A stretch of 64,000 bases of DNA from Thermomicrobiales bacterium (GTDB lineage Bacteria; Chloroflexota; Chloroflexia; Thermomicrobiales; UBA6265). Shown piece by piece: positions 46,455 to 55,989 of this stretch. The translations under genes were made by a program, and so were the position numbers. How positions within the stretch are numbered: position 1 is the first letter of the stretch; each line of letters starts with the position of its first letter. The notes under the pieces are model-generated. The model saw only the letters and a program-made list of their open reading frames with translations, was not told where the DNA came from and ran no database searches. The stretch is taken from positions 3,795 to 67,794 of the forward strand of contig JBHOQQ010000070.1 in NCBI GenBank assembly GCA_042408955.1, given 5' to 3'.

Positions 46455-47717
46455 CTACTCGTGCACCCAGACCATGGTGCCGAGCGGCGCCCAGCCGTAG
46501 AGGAAGGCGGCAACATCGAGCGGCAAGTTGATGCAGCCGTGGCTCATGCGCTGGCCGAAGTTGTTGTGCCAGTAGGCGCCATGCAACGCTTCCGCATCCA
46601 TGTTGAAGTACATCACATTCGGGACATCTTTCACGTCGTAGCTCACCACGCCGCCCGGTGGCGCCTCGTCACCGAAGCCGACAACTTCCCCGGTGCTGCT
46701 CTCGAAGCCGCGCATGTCCTGCTTCTCATACTTGAGACGGACGTGGAATAGGCCAAGCTCAGTTTCGTTCGGCGGCAAGCCTGTGCTGACCAGTGATGTC
46801 AGGATGAGCGTGTTCCCTTGATACGCCCAAAGTCGTTGCTGGCTAATGCTGACTTCGATCCACTTCCGTCCGGGAGCCGATGGATCGCCCTGTGGGTTCG
46901 GGTTCGGCGCCCGGATAAAGAGCGATTCGCTGAAAGTTGGCAAGCCGTTCCGCCGAACACGGGAAGTGTCGATTCCCAGCCGGGGAGCCAGCTCCCGCGC
47001 CAGCGGAGCAAGCCGCACCGCGCCACCTGAGTCGCGGAACAGGAGGGCGCCAGTGAAATACTGCACAACCCCGCCGCGCTCGGCCACAGGCTGGCTCAGT
47101 GGCTCACCAAGGTAATACCAGCCCTCATGAGACGCGTACCAATCGTAGAACGCGCCGCGAATCGTATGACCAGTATCCTCAGAATAGATGCCGCCCTCCG
47201 CGATCGCCCGGGCAGCGGCCTTGCTATCAGGTGGCAGCGGTTGCCACGCCGCGTAGCGGCGATCGCCCCCACCAAAGCCGCGGCGCCCGTCCCGCCGCAT
47301 GACATCCAAGCGGGACGACAGCGCCACCGGACCGATCGGCATCAGCCGCATGATCGGCTCGTCGGTATACAGGTATTCCGGGTGATACTGAAAAATCGCC
47401 GCCTCAAAGGCCTGGCTGTAATATCCGTTATCCGCTGCAAATGGCTCAGATATGGGGTTCCCGTAGACGGCTGCGCCTCCATTCGCCCGCCAGTAGTCAA
47501 GCATGCTCCCGCGCAGCGTGTGCCTGGTGGCGGGAATGTACACCTGAATGTCGCTCTGCCCAATGTCCGGCGGGAGTTCCACTGAGGAGAGATCGGCCGT
47601 GTTGGCGGCCAGTGCCGCCCGCGTCGTGTGCCAAGGCACGGCAAGACTCACGCCGACGGCGACCCCGAGCAGGAGCCGCACCACCCACAGGCGACGCGTG
47701 TGCACCGAAACCAGCAT
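46455..47717 (-). CDS. L,D-transpeptidase (YkuD domain) with N-terminal anchor
   Basis: C-terminal HGAYWHNNFGQRMSHGCINL. ATG 47717 follows GGGAGGAAG. Confidence 0.85.
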   Translation of the reverse strand: MLVSVHTRRLWVVRLLLGVAVGVSLAVPWHTTRAALAANTADLSSVELPPDIGQSDIQVYIPATRHTLRGSMLDYWRANGGAAVYGNPISEPFAADNGYYSQAFEAAIFQYHPEYLYTDEPIMRLMPIGPVALSSRLDVMRRDGRRGFGGGDRRYAAWQPLPPDSKAAARAIAEGGIYSEDTGHTIRGAFYDWYASHEGWYYLGEPLSQPVAERGGVVQYFTGALLFRDSGGAVRLAPLARELAPRLGIDTSRVRRNGLPTFSESLFIRAPNPNPQGDPSAPGRKWIEVSISQQRLWAYQGNTLILTSLVSTGLPPNETELGLFHVRLKYEKQDMRGFESSTGEVVGFGDEAPPGGVVSYDVKDVPNVMYFNMDAEALHGAYWHNNFGQRMSHGCINLPLDVAAFLYGWAPLGTMVWVHE

Positions 47718-47960
47718 GGCCGTTCTTCCTCCCGATGCGTCAGCATCTCTCCGCATCAGCAGGAAGATACGCGCTCATCTCACATCCAGACAAATTCGGA
47801 TCATCACTCCACGAAGAGCCCAACCGATCACTCTTTGCAACACGCACATCCTCTTTTTCTCGTGATTGCGCTGGTACCGCTGTATCGCGAAGGTGCCGAC
47901 CTACGCCGAGAGGAGCGATGCGCTGGCAGGAGCGTCGCCTCGATAACGCACCGGGCCACC

Positions 47961-49877
47961 TCACGATGATGGGGACGCGGCTGGCTTCGTCCAGTCGGCC
48001 CTAGTGACGACGGGCAGTTGAAGGGCGCGCTCCCGCTCCAGATCGAGGTTGCCGATGTGCAGGGAAAGCGGCGACTGTACCCATTTGTAGATCGATTGGA
48101 GGAACAAGCGCACGAACTTCGCGACGTATCCATCAAGGACGTCGGGAGGATATTCTGGGAACATCGCGCCAATGACGCACCGGACCTCTTCAGGGAGCAT
48201 CTTTTCCCCGGCGAAGAGGTAGAAGCAGGCATCGAGGATCGGGAAGGGCATCAGCTCTTCTTCACCCGCTTGGTTCGGCGCCAGCTCCGGCCCAGCCGGC
48301 TTCGCCATCACGGCCTTGATCCCCTGGTACCCATGCTTTTCATACAGATACTCCAGCAGATAGATGACGACCGTTTTGGGGACGTTCGCGAGCACGGCCA
48401 GGGCGCCCATCAGGTCGCCGCCAACGGTGGTATATCCGACCGCCTTTTCGGTCATGTTACCCGTGTTAAGGAAAAGCCCGCCGGATGAGTTCGACCAGTT
48501 CCACATCCGCTGCGCACGCAGGCGCGCCTGAATATTCTGCTCGGTGATCGGCGTTACCGGCTGCCCCTCGTCGAGCATCTGCCGTGTCGCCTCTCGTTCC
48601 CGCTCAAACGCTTCATCGATCGAGACGATCTTGAGCGGCACGCCAAGCTCTTGGCAGATCGTCTCGGCGGCACGGCGCGTCTCCTCCGAGGAGTAACGCG
48701 ACGGCTGATAAAACGCCCGCAGTAGCGAGCCAGGGTTCTCGGCTCGAACACGACTGGCGTACCGATAAGCGACGAGCAGCGTCAGCAATGAATCTCGCCC
48801 TCCGGAGAGGGAGACGCCGATCACCTTGAAGGCGCCTGTCTTCTCGAAATAATCACCCACGCCGAGCGCTAGCGCATCCAGAATATCCTCGCACAGCTCT
48901 TCGCGGGGGCTGCGTGGCTGCTCTGGTCCGGGGAGAAAGAACGAGCGATGCGCTGGGAATGGGTACACCAGGCTCTCGCGCGTGCTGGCCGTGGAAAACT
49001 CGCTCTCTGGAACCTCAATGACTGTCGGTAGGGGATGGGAAGCGATATACGCTTCGCGATCGACGCGCCACGTCGTGTTTTCGGCACGCAGGCGGTTGGT
49101 TCGGTCAAGATCGACCACCGTGGCAGCAAATCCTTCCCGGAAGCGAGGCGCTTCAAGCATGAGGCGGCCATTTTGATTGACAAATCCGCCGCCGTCGAAA
49201 ATCAGGCCATCGTTGGCTCCGACCAGATTGGCATAGGCGATCGTGCACTGGTGATCGGCAGCGCGCGTAGCAATGAGCTCCCGGCGAGTCTGAACCACGC
49301 CGATGCGATAGGCCGAGGCAGAGACATTGCAAACCAGCTCGGCTCCCGCGTAGGTTCTCCGCTTCTGCGGCCCGTCAGGACTCCACAGATCCTCACACAC
49401 CTCGGCAGCAAGGGTCCCGAAGTCGAAGCGGAAGATGACATCACCGAACGGCACCCCATGGCAGCTTTCCCACCGGTGGGGAATGCCGCGGGACATCGTG
49501 CGCCCCTCATAGTAGATGCTGTAGGTGGGAAGTTTCTCTTTCGGCACCAGGCCGCGTATCCGTCCCCCCGCGACGATCGCGGCGCAGTTGTAGCGCAATC
49601 CCTGGTGCTCCACGACGACGCCAAGTACACAGACCATGGTCAGATCGGCAGTCTCGCGCGCAAATCGCTCGAGCTCCTGCCACTGCCGATCGACAAACCC
49701 GTGCCATTGGATGAGATCCTCAGGAGGATAGCCACCAACCATCTGCTCTGGGAAAACGCCTACCGTCACTCCCTCGGCGCCCATCTCCCGGGCAATGCGG
49801 AGCGCCCGGTCAACATTGGCAGTGACGGCTCCGACAGTGGTATTGACGCTGGCAACGCCAACCTTGATGAGTCGCAC
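47961..49877 (-). CDS. nadE: Glutamine-dependent NAD+ synthase
   Basis: N-terminal CN-hydrolase domain (catalytic Cys in AAEVCEDLW) plus the NAD synthetase P-loop VSLSGGRDS. GTG 49877 follows AAGGAGCGAGGA. Confidence 0.9.
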   Translation of the reverse strand: MRLIKVGVASVNTTVGAVTANVDRALRIAREMGAEGVTVGVFPEQMVGGYPPEDLIQWHGFVDRQWQELERFARETADLTMVCVLGVVVEHQGLRYNCAAIVAGGRIRGLVPKEKLPTYSIYYEGRTMSRGIPHRWESCHGVPFGDVIFRFDFGTLAAEVCEDLWSPDGPQKRRTYAGAELVCNVSASAYRIGVVQTRRELIATRAADHQCTIAYANLVGANDGLIFDGGGFVNQNGRLMLEAPRFREGFAATVVDLDRTNRLRAENTTWRVDREAYIASHPLPTVIEVPESEFSTASTRESLVYPFPAHRSFFLPGPEQPRSPREELCEDILDALALGVGDYFEKTGAFKVIGVSLSGGRDSLLTLLVAYRYASRVRAENPGSLLRAFYQPSRYSSEETRRAAETICQELGVPLKIVSIDEAFEREREATRQMLDEGQPVTPITEQNIQARLRAQRMWNWSNSSGGLFLNTGNMTEKAVGYTTVGGDLMGALAVLANVPKTVVIYLLEYLYEKHGYQGIKAVMAKPAGPELAPNQAGEEELMPFPILDACFYLFAGEKMLPEEVRCVIGAMFPEYPPDVLDGYVAKFVRLFLQSIYKWVQSPLSLHIGNLDLERERALQLPVVTRADWTKPAASPSS

Positions 49878-50038
49878 GGTTCCTCGCTCCTTGGGCAACG
49901 CTTCCGGCTCCATGCTGGCGGCATCCGGGCATCGCTACGGCTCGCGCGAGCAGCGCGCCGCGCATCCTGTGCGAAGGATACCGAGCAGGCAAGCTGGCAT
50001 GCGCTCCGCACCATCCGAATGCATCCTGGCGACTGCGA

Positions 50039-50929
50039 TTAGGGCACGTGGCTCGCTCGCACGACCAAGACTGGCACGGGGGCCTCCCGCACGACGCGCT
50101 CGGTCACGCTCCCCAGCAGCCAGCGTTGCAAGCCTCCCCGGCCTCGCGTAGTCATCACGATGATGTCACCCGGCCGCGCCAGGTGGCAGAGCTCTTCTGC
50201 GGGAGAGCCCTCGACGACCTGGATCGAGACGGGGATATCCCGGCTCCGCACGCGCTTTGCTTGCTCCTCCAGATACGCCGTGGCGACGGTGCGCAGCGAG
50301 GAAACCGAGGCAGCGTACGATGCGGCTGCCGAGGGGCTGAGCCGGATCACCGAGCGCAATTTCTCGGTCTCCAGCGTGCGCACAAGATGGATGCGCACGC
50401 CAAGATCGTCTGCCAGGTCCATCGCCACCGGCAGCGCCTGCTCGGCAAGTGGCGAGCCATCCAAAGGGACAATGAGCCGGCTGACCGGTGCCTCCTTGAC
50501 CGGACGCTCGCCCCCTCTAACCATCAGCACGGGGATAGGTGCATGCCGCACAACCCGGTCGGCCACACTCCCGAAGAGGATACGCTCCCCTGCGCCGCGG
50601 CCGTGCGTCGTCATGATAATCAGGTCGGCCTCTACTGCGGCGGCGAGGATGTGCTCGGCCGGATCGCCCCAGCCGACTCGCGTTTCGATCTCTCGTCCCT
50701 GGCGCTCCAGCGTCGCCGCGGCCTCGTCGAGATACGCAGTAACGCGAGCAAGGACGGCAGCGCGCCACTCCTCGCGTCGCTCGTCTCCCCACGACACAAG
50801 CTCAGCCATGCCATCGGGAATGACCGACAGCAAGATCACGACGCGGCTGGGAATGAGCGCGGCATAATCGAGAGCAACATGAGCCGCTTCTGAGCCGTCC
50901 AGGGGAACCAGCAGACGCTCGAACCTCAT
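50039..50929 (-). CDS. Universal stress protein (tandem Usp domains)
   Basis: Two Usp repeats (LLVPLDGS ... TTHGRGAG ... GSVADRVVRHAPIPVLMV, repeated). SD GGGAGG. Confidence 0.85.
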   Translation of the reverse strand: MRFERLLVPLDGSEAAHVALDYAALIPSRVVILLSVIPDGMAELVSWGDERREEWRAAVLARVTAYLDEAAATLERQGREIETRVGWGDPAEHILAAAVEADLIIMTTHGRGAGERILFGSVADRVVRHAPIPVLMVRGGERPVKEAPVSRLIVPLDGSPLAEQALPVAMDLADDLGVRIHLVRTLETEKLRSVIRLSPSAAASYAASVSSLRTVATAYLEEQAKRVRSRDIPVSIQVVEGSPAEELCHLARPGDIIVMTTRGRGGLQRWLLGSVTERVVREAPVPVLVVRASHVP

Positions 50930-50962
50930 CGGAGCCTCCCCTCTGGCATGTGCGATGCTTGG

Positions 50963-51937
50963 CTACTCCTCGCTGCTTGCGCCGGCCGCGCGCGGTGTCC
51001 CGCGCACAGAGGCTGGCACGAGCACGACCGGGGCCGGTCCCGACCGGATCAGTTTCTCTGCGACGCTCCCCAAGACCCACCGTGCGATGCCCGACCGCCC
51101 GTGACTGGTCATGACGATAATGTCTCCATCGGCTAGCGCCCCTTCGATGGCTACCACCGGCGGTCCTTCCACAACGGCCGTGGTCACCTGAACCCCCATG
51201 GTTTCGAGACGCCGCGCAGCCTCACCCAGGCTCGCTTGCGCCTCCGCGACCATCTCCTCTTCAAGCTCCTGATAGATTTCCGCGGGATATGGCCCGCCAG
51301 CCACCGGCGCTGGGAGCAGCGCCGCCGCCGGGTTGACCGCGCGAATCACCAAGATGGGTACGTGTAACCGCTTGGCCAGCTCCGCGGCCACTGGCAACGC
51401 CTCATCAGCGAGCGGCGAGCCATCGTGTGGGACGACGATGCGCAAGATGGTGACTGGGGCAATCTCCGGCGTGGCAACGTGCGGTCGAATGATGAGCACG
51501 GGAAGGGTCGCGGTGCGCGCCACACGGTCCGCAACGCTGCCAAATGCTAACCGGCCGACGGCTCCTCGCCCGTGGCTGGCCATCGCAATGATCTGGCAAT
51601 GGTGGCGCTCGGCGGCGGCAAGAATCGCCGCGGCGGGATCACCAGGCACAAGCTCGATCTCTGGATCGGTCGTCAGCACCGGCCGCCAGCGCTCAACCGT
51701 GTCGCGCAGCATCTGCTTGGCTGATTCCTCTTCGAGCCGCAACACCTCGTCGGCGGGCACCAAGGTGTCGCCCAAGAGTCCGTAAATCGGCTCGGGCTCA
51801 GGCAGCACATGCACGAACACCAGCTTCCCATCCTGCCCGGCGACCGCCTGCGCGTACGGGATGGCCTGCTCCGCGAGCGGCGAGCCATCGAGTGGCACCA
51901 GTACGCACCTGTTGTCAGCCGGCTTCGCCTCCGTCAC
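50963..51937 (-). CDS. Universal stress protein (tandem Usp domains)
   Basis: Paralogue of the previous gene. GTG 51937 follows AAGGAG. Confidence 0.85.
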   Translation of the reverse strand: MTEAKPADNRCVLVPLDGSPLAEQAIPYAQAVAGQDGKLVFVHVLPEPEPIYGLLGDTLVPADEVLRLEEESAKQMLRDTVERWRPVLTTDPEIELVPGDPAAAILAAAERHHCQIIAMASHGRGAVGRLAFGSVADRVARTATLPVLIIRPHVATPEIAPVTILRIVVPHDGSPLADEALPVAAELAKRLHVPILVIRAVNPAAALLPAPVAGGPYPAEIYQELEEEMVAEAQASLGEAARRLETMGVQVTTAVVEGPPVVAIEGALADGDIIVMTSHGRSGIARWVLGSVAEKLIRSGPAPVVLVPASVRGTPRAAGASSEE

Positions 51938-52349
51938 CCTCTGCTCCTTTCTCTTCGTCGCCTTTGTGCCCCGCGGTCCAGCGGAGTGGCTCCTTTTGAT
52001 CGGCAGGATACTCGCCAGCGATGCTCTTGTCCCGCGATGGGTTTCCGCTATCCCGGACCTCTGCCACGTACCGGGAGCGCATTGTTGTGATGGAAATTCA
52101 ACCGGTGACTTGTGGGCACAACTCTTCGGTGATGGTATTTGGGAGAATATTCAGGTAGTATGGTCAATAAGGCGAGGATCTTTTGCTCCTTTCGTCACCT
52201 ATGCTACCTCGCCAGAGTGCGCTTGGGCGCGATTCTTGCAGTAATGGCAGTGCCTCGCGCGAAGTGGGGAATGCGCGGACGCCGTGAGGAAACGCATCGC
52301 ACGAGGGCGTGCGTTTCCGAAGACGCGGCTCGATGGAGGGGGAACGGCT

Positions 52350-53462
52350 ATGAATCAACGACGTAGCCAGAGACGGCCTCACTCGTGGCGAATGCTTGGT
52401 TCCCTGGCGGTGGTCGTTCTCATCATCGCCGGGGGACTGGGCATCGCCATCACGCCGGCCTCGACGATGGCACAGACGGCCACATTCACCGTTGGTGACA
52501 CGGTCGTTGTGACTGCCGATGGAGACGGCCTCAATCTCCGTGCTGCGCCGGGACTCGACACGACCGTTCTCGAAACGCTCCCAGACAGCACGGTAGCCAC
52601 CATCTCCGATGGCCCCAGCGATGCTGATGATCTTACTTGGTACGAAGTCTCCGTGGACGATCGCACTGGCTGGGTAGCCGGTGAGTTCCTGACCCTGGCC
52701 GCGGCGATCGATCCAGGCTTTACCGCCGGCGATCAGGTTGAGGTGGCCACGGAGGCGCTCAATTTGCGGAACGCTGCCGGACTGACGAGTGAGATCCTCG
52801 ATATGATGCCACTCGGCACCACGGCGACGATCCTGGACGGCCCCGTCACCGCGGACGGTATTCCCTGGTATCAGGTGGACGCGACCGGGTTCGGCGAAGG
52901 CTGGGTGGCGGCTGGTTTTCTTGCGCTCGTCAGCGAGGCGCCGGAGACCTTCCCTGCCGGCTCGGTGCTCGTCGTCAATACTGATCTCCTCAACCTGCGC
53001 GCTGGCCCGAGCTTGAGCGATGAGATCCTGGCGCAGCTTCCCTCCCAGGCGCTCGTCACGGTGATCAGCGGCCCAGAGCAAGCGGATGGCTACGACTGGT
53101 ACGAGGTCGAGACTGACGAGGGTAACGGATGGGTCGCTGGCACATTCCTCGCCAACCCGGCCGATCTGATTGCCGTGGGTGACACGGTTCAGGTCATTGA
53201 TGGATCGCTCCGGCTGCGGGCAGAGCCTGGCTTGGACGCGGAGATCCTTGATGTGATGCCAGAGGGGACTGAGCTTGAGGTGACGGATGGCCCGGAGCAG
53301 GCTGATGGCTATACCTGGTTCCAGGTTGAGAACGACACGTTCGGTCCAGGTTGGGCGGCCGGTGAGTTCCTGCTCGTGATCGAGAGCGGCGCCACACCGA
53401 CACCCTCGCCCACGCCATCACCGTCGCCCACCGCGGCTCCGACTGGCACCCCGGCAACGTAG
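52350..53462 (+). CDS. Secreted protein with four tandem SH3b repeats and a P/T-rich tail
   Basis: TM/signal LGSLAVVVLIIAGGLGIAI. Four repeats of about 70 aa (G-D-x-V-x-V...LNLR-x-x-P-x-L...DG..WY-x-V...GWVA-x-x-FL). ATG 52350 follows GGAGGGGGA. Confidence 0.8.
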   Translation: MNQRRSQRRPHSWRMLGSLAVVVLIIAGGLGIAITPASTMAQTATFTVGDTVVVTADGDGLNLRAAPGLDTTVLETLPDSTVATISDGPSDADDLTWYEVSVDDRTGWVAGEFLTLAAAIDPGFTAGDQVEVATEALNLRNAAGLTSEILDMMPLGTTATILDGPVTADGIPWYQVDATGFGEGWVAAGFLALVSEAPETFPAGSVLVVNTDLLNLRAGPSLSDEILAQLPSQALVTVISGPEQADGYDWYEVETDEGNGWVAGTFLANPADLIAVGDTVQVIDGSLRLRAEPGLDAEILDVMPEGTELEVTDGPEQADGYTWFQVENDTFGPGWAAGEFLLVIESGATPTPSPTPSPSPTAAPTGTPAT

Positions 53463-53472
53463 CCCAGAAAAG

Positions 53473-53521
53473 GCGCTGATCCCCGTCTCCACCACCGGGA
53501 GAAGGCCTTGGGGATCAGCGC
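53473..53521. terminator. 12-bp inverted repeat between convergent genes
   Basis: GCGCTGATCCCC (53473-53484), 25 nt, GGGGATCAGCGC (53510-53521). No clear U-tract. Confidence 0.45.
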
Positions 53522-53530
53522 GGTCGTCCA

Positions 53531-54415
53531 TCACGCGGTTGACTCGTCCAGATAACCGATCGAGCGCAGGCGCACTTCCATCAGGCGCATCATCTCTGCG
53601 TAGAAATCGGCACCGGAGACACCATAACCACGGCGGACGGTCGCGTCGAGATCGGCGCTGACCATCTTCAGCCCTTCGGCAGCAACCGCGGCGTATTCCT
53701 CTAATCCGCGGGAGATGACGGCTCTCGCTCGCTCCGGATCATCCAGCATGCGCTGGCGGGCGTAGCTGACGCCGATGCCGATGTGCCGCGCCTCATCGCG
53801 CGCGACAAGTCGTTGCCCTTCGATAAGACCGGGGAAGTTGCCAAAACTGGCGTAGTGGTCGCCAGCCAGGTTCTGTGCTGTCCGAGCAACCACGCCCTCC
53901 GCAATCAAGTGATAGGCCATCACTGCCAGTAGCAACGTGTCCTCGTCCCGTTCGTGATGCAGCCGGCCAACGACCGATTCGAACCGCTCGTAGAAGAACG
54001 CGGCAACAGGATCCAGATGCTCGTCAGCGATCTTCCGGACTGCCTGGATGCCTCCACGGACACCGAAGACGTCCTCATACACGCGCAGCACGCATTGCAT
54101 GTGCCGGTATTCATCGGCGACCTGTGTTGCCAGCACCAGTTGCATCTCATACGTCGGCGCTGCGAGAAGGAAAGGCGCCAAGGTGTGCGCAACGCTGAAC
54201 TCCGCGTGGAAGCGATGGGCAAAGAGCCAGATCAACGCCGTCCTTCGCTCGTCGTCCAGCGCGCGAAAGCTCGCGGCGTCCGTTGAAAAGTCGATGGCGC
54301 TGACGGACCATTGGGTGCGCTCCCAGTGATCGTAAAGAGCCCGAAACGGCCGCGCTTGCTCCTCGATCGCGCGAAGATCGTTGTCCATTTCCGTAGCACT
54401 GATTCGTGACGTCAT
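53531..54415 (-). CDS. Ferritin-like diiron protein, ribonucleotide reductase R2-like (not a canonical R2)
   Basis: Ligand pattern E (FHAEF), ExxH (DEYRHM), E (IAEG), ExxH (DEARHI). The position of the radical Tyr (H+4) is Val. Confidence 0.65.
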   Translation of the reverse strand: MTSRISATEMDNDLRAIEEQARPFRALYDHWERTQWSVSAIDFSTDAASFRALDDERRTALIWLFAHRFHAEFSVAHTLAPFLLAAPTYEMQLVLATQVADEYRHMQCVLRVYEDVFGVRGGIQAVRKIADEHLDPVAAFFYERFESVVGRLHHERDEDTLLLAVMAYHLIAEGVVARTAQNLAGDHYASFGNFPGLIEGQRLVARDEARHIGIGVSYARQRMLDDPERARAVISRGLEEYAAVAAEGLKMVSADLDATVRRGYGVSGADFYAEMMRLMEVRLRSIGYLDESTA

Positions 54416-54603
54416 GCCGCTCCCCCATCCCCATAGGAAGCCACTCGTTGCGAGCCCAGCATCACTGTCTGTCGCCGCCTGCGTGCCCAGCTTCAGCGCG
54501 CCAGCATTTGACCATCATATCGCCTGGCGAGTGTAGAACGCGTGCCCATCCTGTCAAGCGTTCACTGCAGAAAGGCTCATTCTGAACCATCACCCTGAGC
54601 CAA

Positions 54604-55833
54604 TCACTCGGGTGCTTGGCAGTCGAAGACGACCTTGACGGCTTGATGGTGCCCGCGTTGCAAGCTGACCTGCATCGCTTCTCGCCAGCGTGGGAGCGGA
54701 ATCGTGTGCGTTACCAGATCGCCAAGGGGAGCGTCGGGCCGCTCGGCAAGCAAGCGCATCGCTACCTCGAAGGTGTGTGGGCACCCTGGCAGCGAGGATT
54801 CCCGTCCATAGACGTACGAGCCGGTGATATCGAGCTCGCGCGCCCAGATGAACGAGAGATCCAGGTGGGCAAGTTCCCCCGCGCACCCCACCAGCACCAC
54901 CTTCCCACGCGGGCCAGCAACGCGGAGGCTGTCCTCGACACTACGCTTCGAGCCGACGCAATCGAAGACCCAGTCGAAGCCGCCGGCATAGACGGGTCTC
55001 CCCTTGATCGGCTTGTAGCGCTTGGCCCCCACGATCCGCGTGGCTGCTTCGCCGGCGCCCTGGCCACGCAGCACGACGCTTGCGCCAAGCCGTGTGGCGA
55101 TGGCCTCTTGGATGGGGTGTCGCGCCAGCACGGTGACGTGGCACGTGTGGCCAAGCAGGCGCAGCGCGGCCAGCACCAGCAGCCCGATCGAGCCCGCGCC
55201 GATAATGAGCACATGACTCTCTGGCGGCGGTGGCGCCTTCAGCACGGCATGCAGGGCCACGCTCAGCGGCTCAATCAACACGGCGACCCGGTCGGGAATG
55301 GCGTCCGGAACCGGAAACACCTGCTGCCGGTGCACAATCATCTCCTGCCCCCACCCGCCAGGCAAATCGCGGCAAAAGCCGATCAACATCCCAGGCGCCA
55401 ATGATCCTTCGGCCGACGAGGTGCACAATCCTGGCTCCCCAGTCGCGCACCATCGGCACGGGGGCAGACCGCGCATGACGCAGGAGATGAGCGGATTCAC
55501 AACCACGCGCTGGCCAGGGACGACATCGCCCACCTGCGACCCGGTCTCCACGACGTCAGCCACGACTTCGTGGCCGGGAACGACCGGGAACGAGACAAAT
55601 GGCGACAGGGCTGGGCTGCTGCGATTGAGGAGCATAGAGATATCGCTGCCGCACACACCGCACAAGCGCGGGCGAAGCCGAAGCCAATCCGGGCCGGGCA
55701 GCGGCCGGGAAGAGAGGGTAATTTCGCTGAGGCCGGGGATGCGGCCTGAGTCGAGGAGTGGCAACGGCAGCCGGTCAGCCGCGCGTGCAGCCAGATAATT
55801 CGGGATGGAAAAGCGGTATTGGAGAGCCTTCAC
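54604..55833 (-). CDS. Zinc-type medium-chain dehydrogenase/reductase
   Basis: CGVCGSD, PGHEVVADV, structural-Zn Cys cluster CVMRGLPPCRWC, Rossmann IIGAGSIG. GTG 55833 follows GGGAG. Confidence 0.85.
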   Translation of the reverse strand: MKALQYRFSIPNYLAARAADRLPLPLLDSGRIPGLSEITLSSRPLPGPDWLRLRPRLCGVCGSDISMLLNRSSPALSPFVSFPVVPGHEVVADVVETGSQVGDVVPGQRVVVNPLISCVMRGLPPCRWCATGEPGLCTSSAEGSLAPGMLIGFCRDLPGGWGQEMIVHRQQVFPVPDAIPDRVAVLIEPLSVALHAVLKAPPPPESHVLIIGAGSIGLLVLAALRLLGHTCHVTVLARHPIQEAIATRLGASVVLRGQGAGEAATRIVGAKRYKPIKGRPVYAGGFDWVFDCVGSKRSVEDSLRVAGPRGKVVLVGCAGELAHLDLSFIWARELDITGSYVYGRESSLPGCPHTFEVAMRLLAERPDAPLGDLVTHTIPLPRWREAMQVSLQRGHHQAVKVVFDCQAPE

Positions 55834-55883
55834 GTTGCCGCTCCCTCTACGCCGGTCGCCGTCAGCAGCCAGCGGTTAGGCAT

Positions 55884-55929
55884 GAGCCGTCAGGGATGGA
55901 TGGAGCGCGATTCGTCTGCCGACCGGCAT
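55884..55929 (+). repeat. Partial copy of the CAGCCGTCAGG...GCGCGATTC module
   Basis: GAGCCGTCAGGGATGGATGGAGCGCGATTCGTCTGCCGACCGGCAT, compared with 17351-17405 CAGCCGTCAGGCTGCGTAGGGGCGCGATTCATTGCGCTCCGCCATGATCGGCAT. Confidence 0.6.
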
Positions 55930-55989
55930 AGTGCACAACGCGTCCCTGCCCCGAAAAGCTACCGGCGATTGAATCCACGACGCCCGGTA

